From Octopus bimaculoides (Eukaryota), in the NCBI RefSeq assembly GCF_001194135.2, contig NC_068989.1, forward strand, positions 42,145,268 through 42,178,584: a DNA stretch of 33,317 bases, given 5' to 3'. A model generated the notes under the pieces. That model searched no databases. It was given only the letters and a program-made list of their open reading frames with translations, and was not told the DNA's origin. The translations under genes were made by a program, and so were the position numbers. Every line of letters begins with the position of its first letter. Within the stretch, counting starts at the first letter, position 1. Below, one piece after another: positions 23,685 through 33,317 of the stretch.

Positions 23685-24099
23685 AACAACAAACAAAATG
23701 AGGACAAATATCCGTCAATTGTAAATAATGTAAATAATGTACATAATTCCTCATCTCTTAAATATAGAGCTGAATTTTCATGATGTTTCATATTTAGTTG
23801 CTTTTATTAAATTCAATCACTTGTTAAACATAAATAAATCTTGGAATCAAATGGTTTTGATTTACTGTCAGGCGACTTTTGGTCAACCCTGTACGTAAGT
23901 GTGAATGGAGGACTGCGTTTCTTTCGGTTCTTTACGTCCTGATTGCAAATCCCGCCAAAGATAAGCCGTACTTTTCATCCTTTAGGGTTCGATAAAATAA
24001 AGTAGCAGTCAAGTACTAAGGTCGGTAGTATCGACTAACCCGCGTTCCCCTAAATTTCTGGCCTTGTAAATAAATTCAGTTTACTGATTAGAAATTTGT

Positions 24100-24310
24100 A
24101 TTTTTCCTTCTCCCTGTTTCATTCATTAAACTGCGGCCATGCTGGAGCATCCTCTCGAAGAATTTTAGTCGAGCGAATCGTAGCCAGTGCTTTTTTTTGT
24201 TTAAGCTTGGTACTTATGCTATCATTCTCTTTTGCCGAACCGCTAAGTTACGGAAACTTAAACACATTAAGATCGTTTGACAAGCGGTGGCGGGGACAGA
24301 TACAAAGACA
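24100..24310 (-). mobile_element. SINE 3' tail (3357 family)
   Basis: ctgcggccatgctggagca...gtacttat...ccgctaagttacgg...gacaagcggtgg, reverse complement of ~3570-3780. Confidence 0.75.
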
Positions 24311-24504
24311 CACACACACGCACACACATACAAACACACTCACTCACTCACACATACACGCAAACACGCACACATTTCATTAAAAGTAAACTCCCACACT
24401 TTACGTCTGTCTTTGTATCGTCCCCCTCATCCTTCGCCCTGGTGGCACATAAATGAAATCCATTATTATCATTATTATTAATATATATATATTTGTTTTT
24501 CCAG

Positions 24505-24633
24505 AAAAATTGAACGAGGAACGTAAACGTGTCAAGAAATTGACGGAACAGATTGCAAGCATGCAGGGCAATCTTTTAAAATGTGTGAGGACACAGCAGG
24601 AAGCCAGTTGTGACACCTATAACGGAACTACTA
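24505..24633 (+). CDS. Coiled-coil gene exon 4 (129 nt, phase 1-1): KLNEERKRVKKL...CDTYNGTT
   Basis: TTTTTCCAG acceptor, A|GTATGG donor (alternative donor after 24584 possible), in-register similarity to exon 3. Confidence 0.8.
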
Positions 24634-24754
24634 GTATGGAGCAAATAATTTTATGCCTACTTATTTTAATCTATGTTTTGTTTTGCTGTGTATTTTGCCT
24701 TTAGTACATTTGTTATTTAATATTTTCCATCATCATCATCACCACCACCACCAA

Positions 24755-24787
<33 letters not shown>

Positions 24788-24826
24788 CGCCACCATTTTT
24801 GGATTTGTTATTAACATAACTACTCA

Positions 24827-25037
24827 AGCGGCAGCTGGTGGAATCGTTAGCACACTGAATGCTTAGCGGTATTTCGTCCGTCTTTACGTTCTGAGTTCAA
24901 ATTTCGCCGAGGTCCACTTTGCCTTTCATCCTTTCGGGGTCGATAAAATAAGTACTAGTTGAATACTGGGGTCGATGTGATCAACTTAATCCCTCTTCCG
25001 AAATTGCTGGCCTTGTATCAAAATTCGAAATCGTTAT
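24827..25037 (+). mobile_element. tRNA-derived SINE (GGCGGCGAGCTGG family)
   Basis: Collinear with 6375-6595. Confidence 0.85.
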
Positions 25038-25524
25038 TAATAGTACTACTATTACTACAACCACCACCACTACCCCCACCATCGCTAGTAAACCCCATTA
25101 CTTAAACAAGTAATTTAATGTATCATGGCCCCGAATGGATGAAAGGCAAGGTTCACCTTGATAGGATTTGAACACAGAAAACAACACATTTTCCCAACGC
25201 TCTAAACCTTCTCCTCCCCCCACTTCTTCCTCTTTCTCTTTCCTCTTTGTCCGCCTTTCTTCTTCTTCTTCTTCTTCTTCTTCTTCTTCTTCCCCCCCCT
25301 CTTCCTCTGCTCCGCTCTAACTTTCCCCACTACTCGTCACCCACATACAGAGGGAAAGAAGAATCGATTATATTTTAAAGAATATATTAAAGTACGAATG
25401 AATGAGCGAATGAAAGAATGAAAGATTAAAGGAAGATGTTACCATAGATACGTCGGCATGCATTTGTTTCTGGTTAAACATTTTGCAAACGTTTGTGAGA
25501 GAGAAACCTAGTGTGGGGTGAGGT

Positions 25525-25599
<75 letters not shown>

Positions 25600-25787
25600 A
25601 AGAAAAATAGAAAGAAAGAAAGAAAGAAATAAAGAAAGAAAGAAAGAAAGAAAGAGATGATATATGGAACAGAAATATAAAATGGTGAGCGGCGTGGACA
25701 GAAGTGGTAAGAAAATAGAGATTGTGGCGGACGAAATTATAGGAAGTGGTGACAGAAGAAAGATAGAGGGAGGGAGAGTTACAGAGG

Positions 25788-25788
25788 A

Positions 25789-25829
<41 letters not shown>

Positions 25830-25900
25830 CGATGATGATGACGACGATGACGATGATGACGACGATGACGATGATGATGATGATGATGATGATGAGAATG
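25788..25900. repeat. (GAT)n/(GAC)n microsatellite
   Basis: Direct reading; source of the poly-Met and poly-Ser ORFs. Confidence 0.95.
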
Positions 25901-26492
25901 TAGGAGGGAGTGGTGAGAGAGAAAAGATAAAGTTACAGAGGAGATGATGGCGATGATGTTGATGATGATGATGATGATGATGATGATAGCAGTGTTGGTG
26001 GTGTTGGAAGTAGTGATACTGATGTTGGTGTTGGTTGATGTGATAAATGTGGTGGTGAAGATGGCGGTAGTGGCGTGAAGTTGAAAATTTTTGCTTTTTT
26101 AGCCCCAGGTCAGCCTTCATGGACAAGACTTATGATCAAAAAGCATTCCAGCCGAGAGCATCCAATCTATTTTCTTATATATAAAGAATCCAGGACCACA
26201 ATATCCGGTCTGCCCTTTTCTATCTCAGTAGAGGGTGATTTGAAAGAGATTTGGCTGCTATTTCTTGCAGATCACACGACTTAATAGAGCAAGTATAAGC
26301 AACCTTTTCCGAGAAGCGGGCCGCATAATACATGGTTCATTATTAGGCGGGCCGAACTTTTCATGGTAATTTTTCATTAAGTGCGCCATTCAGAAACTCC
26401 TGTTGGCTGCCGTTTGCCCATGACTGCCACAGAGGCTTCGTCGTTGGCTCGTGTGTAGTTGATTTTGGTAATAACGGTGTAATGATGCTGCT

Positions 26493-26538
<46 letters not shown>

Positions 26539-27016
26539 GTGCTTAATGTGAATGTATGACGTGTGTTTCATATACCTGTGTATGTGTGCACGTGTATGGA
26601 AGGTTTATTTGCAATTTTCGAGTTTGAATTTAATGTATTTGAGTTTAAACAATAACTCAAACTGACTGTATCATGAAACGATTGATCAGTCCATTCATAG
26701 TTCGGTTATTGTCATTGTTTAGTTCCCCGTCAGCCCTGATACAGCAAATTTATAATCAAATACGTTGTAACTGAAGCTATCCTATGTTCAATGAAGCTTC
26801 CACCAGAATGCAGAGGTATACAAAATCAAACTGAACCATGAACCAAAAGTACGATAACCTGTTGGTCTTCTGCACTGCTTGGCGCATTGGACGGCAAGCA
26901 GCATCTCTATAATACCACACTGCATTTCATATGATAAATCACTGAGAACAAGAACATACAATATGGTCTTCAAGAATCCTCAGTATGGACCTGAAGGGCA
27001 CAAAAAGGGTCTTTAA

Positions 27017-27293
27017 CCCATTACCTCCCATAATTCTATTAACTAGAATTTTTTTATGAAACTTTGATTTCTAGCATAAAACAGCCTTAGAAGCACACTG
27101 GAATGATCAAAATAACATTTTAAATAGAAATAAGCGAGATATTGGGTGAAAAATTAGCAAACCTCATTTGAATATCAGAGAAATATACCTAGTAGATATA
27201 GCAAAAAGGTTAGACATGTGTAAATATTGACAGATAATTAAGAAATTTGTAATTTTTAAGTGATCTCATATGAGATCACTGGTAGGTAATGGG
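27017..27293. mobile_element. piggyBac-like MITE, 277 bp
   Basis: TTAA at 27013-27016 and 27294-27297; TIRs CCCATTACCTCCCA / TGGTAGGTAATGGG (13/14). Confidence 0.85.
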
Positions 27294-27994
27294 TTAATAT
27301 GGTATTCAAGAAAAGGCACAGTAAATATCTGAAACAACGGATCTTCGGATTGTATTTGTCGTACCATGGGTGTGCTCGATTAATTTGAAAGGGGGTACNN
27401 NNNNNNNNNNNNNNNNNNNNNNNNNNNNNNNNNNNNNNNNNNNNNNNNNNNNNNNNNNNNNNNNNNNNNNNNNNNNNNNNNNNNNNNNNNNNNNNNNNNN
27501 NNNNNNNNNNNNNNNNNNNNNNNNNNNNNNNNNNNNNNNNNNNNNNNNNNNNNNNNNNNNNNNNNNNNNNNNNNNNNNNNNNNNNNNNNNNNNNNNNNNN
27601 NNNNNNNNNNNNNNNNNNNNNNNNNNNNNNNNNNNNNNNNNNNNNNNNNNNNNNNNNNNNNNNNNNNNNNNNNNNNNNNNNNNNNNNNNNNNNNNNNNNN
27701 NNNNNNNNNNNNNNNNNNNNNNNNNNNNNNNNNNNNNNNNNNNNNNNNNNNNNNNNNNNNNNNNNNNNNNNNNNNNNNNNNNNNNNNNNNNNNNNNNNNN
27801 NNNNNNNNNNNNNNNNNNNNNNNNNNNNNNNNNNNNNNNNNNNNNNNNNNNNNNNNNNNNNNNNNNNNNNNNNNNNNNNNNNNNNNNNNNNNNNNNNNNN
27901 NNNNNNNNNNNNNNNNNNNNNNNNNNCCACCACTACCATCACAATCATCATCATCATTATCATCATCATAGTCGTTGTCGTTCTCGTCGTCATC

Positions 27995-28230
27995 GTCTGG
28001 CAGAATCCTTAGCACGTCAGGCAAAAAAAAGGCGGTGAAACGCTTTGTGGTATTTTTTTCTTTTTTTCTATTCCTTACGTTCTGAGTTCATTTTCCACCG
28101 ATGTCGGTTTTACCTTTCATCTTTTTCGGATCGACGGAATAAGTACCAATTGAACGCTGGATTCGATGTAACCGACTTTCCCTCGCCACTAAAATAGTTG
28201 GCCATGTATCAAATTTGAAACCATTATTGT
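27995..28230 (+). mobile_element. Diverged tRNA-derived SINE (GGCGGCGAGCTGG family)
   Basis: ctggcagaatccttagcacg...ttacgttctgagttca...aataagtacc...gaaaccattatt. Confidence 0.75.
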
Positions 28231-28232
28231 AG

Positions 28233-29290
28233 TGTGTTTCCCGTTTGTAAGACACGTCTTTCAATCGCTCATCTCTTTAACGGAACTGCAATCGTGGGTA
28301 AAAAAAAAACAACAATAAAATTAGGTGCCTGGCATCTTAAATGTCGTTCGATGCTCACTGCCTTGTACCAGTCGGGCAGTACGGACGGTGGAAGTTCTAT
28401 GCTATCAATATATAGAAATCTGGTGGCGTGTAAGAGCGATGATGTTGTCGGGGAAACTCTAGACGTCGACGAGGATGAACTAATTAGTCTGTTTCAGAGG
28501 ACTTGTAGATCCAGTACTATCATGAATAACTTCCAGAAATCCCTAGCCTAGTAGTGCTACCGAAAAGCACTGCTAGTTCGAGATAAATTCTACAGGCACG
28601 GAAGCGCTGCCATGTGGGACTGTCAGAGATGCGCGCAGGGGTACGAAACCGTTCTGCACGCACTCGTGCAAGTGCCCGAGTATTGCTGACCTGTCGAACA
28701 GCTGTTATCGAGTGTGAGACGAATCGGACTATCGGTCGAATCCACCGTGAGGATTGCCCTATCATCCACCTTTAACAAAGCAGGGCAAGCGGTGTTCCTC
28801 TGTCTAGTGGCCACGGCGAAAAAGATTATGTCGTGGACGAGGCTGAAGGGATTGAGCAAAGACACCTTCCTCTTCGGTCAAGCCCTCATCAACTTGTTTC
28901 AAGTCCCACTTGGAAAGGAAAGTGAGGATTGAGAGAGAAGTGAATTTGTGAAAAAATGGATGAAGGAGGCAAAAATGATTAGAGTGAATGAAATTTCTCT
29001 AAACATCCTATAAATTGGAGAGCAAGAGTTGCGAGGGGGCTCGTGACTTTTGCTGTGAGGGTAATCCTTGATTTGTGGGATTTCATGATTTGTCCTTGTT
29101 GGAGTTTCTCCTGTTTCAGGACTGTGCCATTCATGTTATCACATATACTATATATACTTTTATCGCATTTCACTATCTTCTCCATTTCTTTCTCGTCGTC
29201 CTGTTTATAAATTCCCACGCAAGTTGTTGCCCGTCCTTATGCCCGTCCTTATGACATCTCTGTTGGTAAATAAAGAAATTATCATTATCT
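28233..29290 (+). mobile_element. Tx1/L1-clade LINE 3' end (zf-RVT region plus 3' UTR)
   Basis: NNFQKSLA**CYRKALLVRDKFYRHG...CQRCAQGYETVLHAL (CxxC..ET..H motif, 28621-28665); ends AATAAAGAAATTATCATTATC. Confidence 0.8.
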
Positions 29291-29608
29291 TCAATGTCGT
29301 TTCCATTTCTTGCCGATTGTCTTCCCGACACCTAGGGCAAGGAAATTTATTGTATACCTAAAAATAAACACACCAGATTATTCATTTACAAAATCAAATT
29401 ATACAAAATAGAAGAAAATGTTTACATGGAAGGTTATCGTTTCCCGTTATCATCATCATCGTCGTCGTCGTCGTCGTCGTCGTCATCATCATCATTATCA
29501 TCATCATCATCACCACCACCGCCATCACTCAATAAGTAATTTCTTTGATTGTAATTCAAGTTTTTATATTTTTGGAGACCTTAGGCAATCATTCTTTATA
29601 TTCTTCAG

Positions 29609-29685
29609 TGTCCAATGAAGGAAGATCGAGCTTATACAAAGAAAAATCCAAAGCGAATACTAAGAAGATCTCAATCAAAGAATAA
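29609..29685 (+). CDS. Probable terminal coding exon 5 (phase 1: MSNEGRSSLYKEKSKANTKKISIKE*)
   Basis: CTTTATATTCTTCAG acceptor; open in phase 1 to TAA 29683-29685 (also open in phase 0 to TGA 29696-29698). Hidden exons in gaps cannot be excluded. Confidence 0.5.
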
Positions 29686-29898
29686 CCAAAGTTTGTGAAT
29701 ATATACATATATAAATATATATGGATAAGTATTATCTATGAGTTCTGATATTATATATATATATATNNNNNNNNNNNNNNNNNNNNNNNNNNNNNNNNNN
29801 NNNNNNNNNNNNNNNNNNNNNNNNNNNNNNNNNNNNNNNNNNNNNNNNNNNNNNNNNNNNNNNNNNNNNNNNNNNNNNNNNNNNNNNNNNNNNNNNNN

Positions 29899-29930
<32 letters not shown>

Positions 29931-30116
29931 TGTAGTGTAAGATATGGATTCAGAGAATCGTGTGGCTATCACAGAAAGGTCCGGTTACGGACTCGGCTAA
30001 CAGTTCACATAATAATCCAGTACAAAGAAGTGTAATGTATAGTGTCCATGCAGTTGAATCCCAGAAGATCCGGTGAATGAAATTATCTTAAGAGGAGTAT
30101 ATAGACAATAAAAATA

Positions 30117-30451
30117 ATTTATTTAACCAATTGAAATCCTTGGGATTACAGCCGTTTCGCAACATTCTTTATGAAATGATAATTTCATTGTAGAAGGAAT
30201 TATGTTTACATGTTTGCATTAATATGCATGCTCAGCATTATACAATATAATTGTATATGCACAGAACAATGCAGATAAAGAAACCTAGCTCTTGAGATCA
30301 CCGGAACATCATAGTTACACCAGCGATTGTACTCATTGGATTGTATAGTGCCAAGAATGCAAGTATAATTTCTTCTACACTAAAATTACTACTACATGAG
30401 GCTGGTTGCGAAACGGCCGTAGCCCCAAGGATGTCACGCGGTTAAATAAAT
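30117..30451. repeat. Old diverged palindromic element (~140-bp arms)
   Basis: Both arms share gcat..tatacaat, tgtagaag.aattat, ttgcgaaacggc.gta..cccaaggat and ggttaaataaat in inverted orientation. Confidence 0.75.
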
Positions 30452-30860
30452 ATATATTCATTTCTCCTACCACCTAACTTTTACGGGTTATGCGCGCGTG
30501 TGTGTGAGTGTGTTTGAAAAAATAATGAGAATAACTTTTCTAATATTGTTTCTGCTTTAACAATTAGATATTTACAAACCGTTCGATTCTTACAAATCGT
30601 ATCGTGATCGCGTGATATCAGTGTGTTTGCGCTTCATTATAGACAGGTAGCCACAATTTCTGTCGCTGTCAAACCTTGCTTCCATTGCTATATACAAAAA
30701 TAGTGACTAATAAGACACCACTACCTGGTGAACTGAATAAAAATCGGATATTAGCTACGGAAACAGTAGAACTATAGAATAGCAATCTTTATATCCTTCT
30801 TAACGTGGCTGTGTTGTAAGAAAGCCGTAATACTACAGTATTACGGCTTTCTTATATTAA

Positions 30861-30898
<38 letters not shown>

Positions 30899-30903
<5 letters not shown>

Positions 30904-31679
30904 ATATGAATATATGCATATATATGTACATGTATGTATATACCTTCATCCACATGTACATATAGATACATAACTGGGTACATGACGTGGCAAAAGAACA
31001 TGGACAAAATGGTGAACAAGGTGCAACAAACAAGCAGGCCAAATAGAAACATTTCCTTCATCAGCTGCCACCATTAAAACCCCGGCGTTTCGAAGAATAA
31101 AAGCAGTACGCATCGTTAAAATGGTTCTTCCCACGAACACAAATTAAATTGTTTTCATGGAGAGTAGTGGCGGACGGAAAACAAGACAGGAAAACGAAAC
31201 GGTGAAGTGTGTATGTATTGAACGCTGTGAGGCACGAACTGGAGGAGCAAAGAAGTACGTGCGAGCTTGAGGAGTCCAAGAACGAAAATGAGCAACGAGA
31301 CGTAGAGAGGGAGAGAGATAATAGTAGTAATAGTGAGAGGCGAAAGACGAGCAGCGAGAGAGAGAGAGAGATAGTAGTGACAGGGAGAGGCGAAGAACAG
31401 TAGAGGGAAGAATGAGAGGGGAGATAGATATAGAGATAGAGAGAGTCGCGTTAGAAAAATAGTTAAAACATACTGTATAAAGGTTAACGCGTGCGTTCTG
31501 TCGTGATACAAACAATATATGAGTATATGCATATATATGTACATGTATGTATATACCTTCATCCACATGTACATATAGATACATAACTGGGTACATGACG
31601 TGGCAAAAGAACATGGACAAAATGGTAAACAAGGTGCAACAAACAAGCAAGCCACATAGAAACATCTCCTTCATCAGCT
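30899..31679. repeat. 168-bp direct repeats (30899-31066, 31512-31679) bounding a 445-bp core
   Basis: 5 mismatches in 168 bp by manual alignment; period 613 bp. Confidence 0.9.
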
Positions 31680-31802
31680 CACATACATATGCATATATAT
31701 ACATACATATAAATATATGTATATATACATATATATACATAATTACATAATTACATACATATATACACACACACACATCATATATGCTTCACGATTTGTT
31801 GT

Positions 31803-32236
31803 TGGCACTCCGTCGCTTACGACGTCGAGGGTGCCAGTTGATCCGATCATCGGAACAGCCTGCTCGTGAAATTAACGTGCAAGTGGCTGAGCACTCCACA
31901 GACACGTGTACCCTTAACGTAGTTCTCGGGGATATTTAGCGTGACACAGTGTGACAAGGCTGACCCTTTGAAATACAGGTACAACAGAAACAGGAAGAAA
32001 GAGTGAGAGAAAGTTGTGGTGAAAGAGTACAGCAGGGTTCACCACCATCCCCTGGCGGAGCCTCGTGGAGCTTTAGGTGTTTTCGCTCAATAAACACTCA
32101 CAACGCCTGGTCTGGAAATGGAAACNNNNNNNNNNNNNNNNNNNNNNNNNNNNNNNNNNNNNNNNNNNNNNNNNNNNNNNNNNNNNNNNATGACCGCGAG
32201 TCCGCTGCCCTAACCACTGGGCCATTGCGCCTCCAC
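31803..32236 (-). mobile_element. tRNA-derived SINE (OR-like), spans a small gap
   Basis: Minus head GTGGAGGCGCAATGGCCCAGTGGTTAGGGCAGCGGACTCGCGGTCAT; tail shared with 1233-1410. Confidence 0.85.
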
Positions 32237-32369
32237 TCACGATTTGTACCTGAAGACAAAAACACAAAAATTGCTTATGCCCTTTCTAAACGATATACAC
32301 TTAAGAAATGTCATAAGCATTGAATCACTTTTACAACTTTAACATCTTTATTATATATCTATATCTATA

Positions 32370-32410
<41 letters not shown>

Positions 32411-32952
32411 GTGTGTGTAAGTATTTGTGTGTGCGTGCGTGTGTGTGTGTGTGTGTATGTATGTGTGTATGTGTGTGTGAGTGTTTGCGTGTGTGTGAGT
32501 GTGAGTGTGAGTGTGTATGCATAAATACATTATAAAAGTGTATAAACATATATAAACATATGCATATGTACAATGTGAATTGAAAGGTAGACATGGAAGC
32601 AAAAAATGAAGACAACAAAACAGCATGCACTTTGCCTTACATTTCTTTATTTCGTGCTCAATATCCCTTCGTCAGGAGAAATATGGGGGATGGTGTAATC
32701 TTGGGTTGGAAATTGAGCAGAACAGTTGGAACTCTAATGTCAGAAGAGTGTCCGATATCAAAATCTGTCAACATTGTTGAATTTGTGATATACATTGATG
32801 GTCAACCTGGAGAAATTAGCATTAGGATGTATTCCATATACATGGAGTAGAAAACGCAGGTGTACCAAGCGTTATGTCTTCTAGTGTAATTTCATGCCGA
32901 TCAAAGCCTTGTAAGTAGGGAATTTGGTTGACAGAAACTGAAAGAAGCCCGT

Positions 32953-32991
<39 letters not shown>

Positions 32992-33317
32992 ATTATATGT
33001 ATTTATTTTCTCCAAGTAAAAAATAACTCGGATAAAATAAATTGGTTGATAGATACCGGGGTAGCAAAGATCACAAAATAACCGTGGTGTAACTCCTGTT
33101 TATGAGGTAGAAACTCCTTGATATTTTGGGTATTTGAGTATATATAAATTTAAAGAATAGAGTAAACGCATATTATAACTGCATACTTTTATTCCGACAT
33201 ATGTTTCGAAGAATTACAATTTATGCGATCCATAGGAATCGGCGATGTTAAAAATGTAAACTTACTATGAGAACCAGCTTAAACGTAAGACATTATAATC
33301 GAATATGAGAACTATAG

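Larger units (their letters stand above)
23044..23771. mobile_element. Palindromic non-autonomous retroelement: two tRNA-headed, (AAT)n-, hammerhead-containing arms fused head-to-head
   Basis: 13-bp TSD GAATTTTCATGAT (23031-23043, 23772-23784); centre ATATGCCC-GT-GGGCATAT at 23431-23448; A box TGGCGTAGTGG and B box GTTCGATTCC on both arms. Confidence 0.92.
22917..23891. mobile_element. Tc1/mariner-type MITE (~234 bp) interrupted by the palindromic element
   Basis: 36-bp TIRs CAGGGTTGACCAAAAGTCACCCGACAGTAAATCAAA (2 mismatches), TA at 22915-22916 and 23892-23893. Confidence 0.92.

Noticed and set aside
28979-29218. 79-aa minus-strand ORF (MGIYKQDDEKEM...)
   Set aside because: Lies antisense within the apparent 3' UTR of the Tx1-like LINE; no supporting splice structure or recognisable domain.
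31040-31110. Type II hammerhead (CGAAACG...CTGATGAAGG on the minus strand)
   Set aside because: No stem I hairpin, ACGC instead of ACGT, and stem II cannot close without using core bases.
128-32626. Dozens of ORFs rich in HT/CV/YI/ER/LS/poly-M/poly-S
   Set aside because: They are translations of microsatellites or run through N gaps; no coding signal.
32593-32850. 85-aa plus-strand ORF
   Set aside because: No recognisable motif or splice context; possibly an old repeat fragment.
1-33317. CRISPR arrays, rRNA genes or prokaryotic operons
   Set aside because: No repeat-spacer arrays, rRNA sequence or dense ORFs; the DNA is clearly eukaryotic.

Overview
AT-rich animal genomic DNA with assembly gaps, very dense in microsatellites and transposon relics. 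The tRNA-derived SINE families and repeat load look like an octopus or other coleoid genome; this is recognition, not a database match. One host gene is supported, on the + strand, with 4 clear coding exons (13596-13656, 17466-17612, 22729-22875, 24505-24633) and a probable fifth (29609-29685). It encodes a ~186-aa coiled-coil protein built from tandemly duplicated phase-1/1 exons. The rest is SINEs, Tc1/mariner elements (a 1.24-kb DD34D mariner, a rosa/DD41D-like relic, MITEs), hAT- and piggyBac-like MITEs, and RTE, Tx1/L1, CR1/L2 and Penelope-like relics. The most striking feature is a 728-bp insertion (23044-23771) with a 13-bp target-site duplication. It is a near-perfect palindrome of two tRNA-headed units fused head-to-head around a 2-nt loop, and each arm carries a minimal type I hammerhead ribozyme with a self-complementary stem III (the Penelope-associated dimer type). 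A collapsed copy of the same family lies at 5.4 kb. Two unrelated palindromic elements and several other hammerhead relics with different stem-III palindromes are also present.
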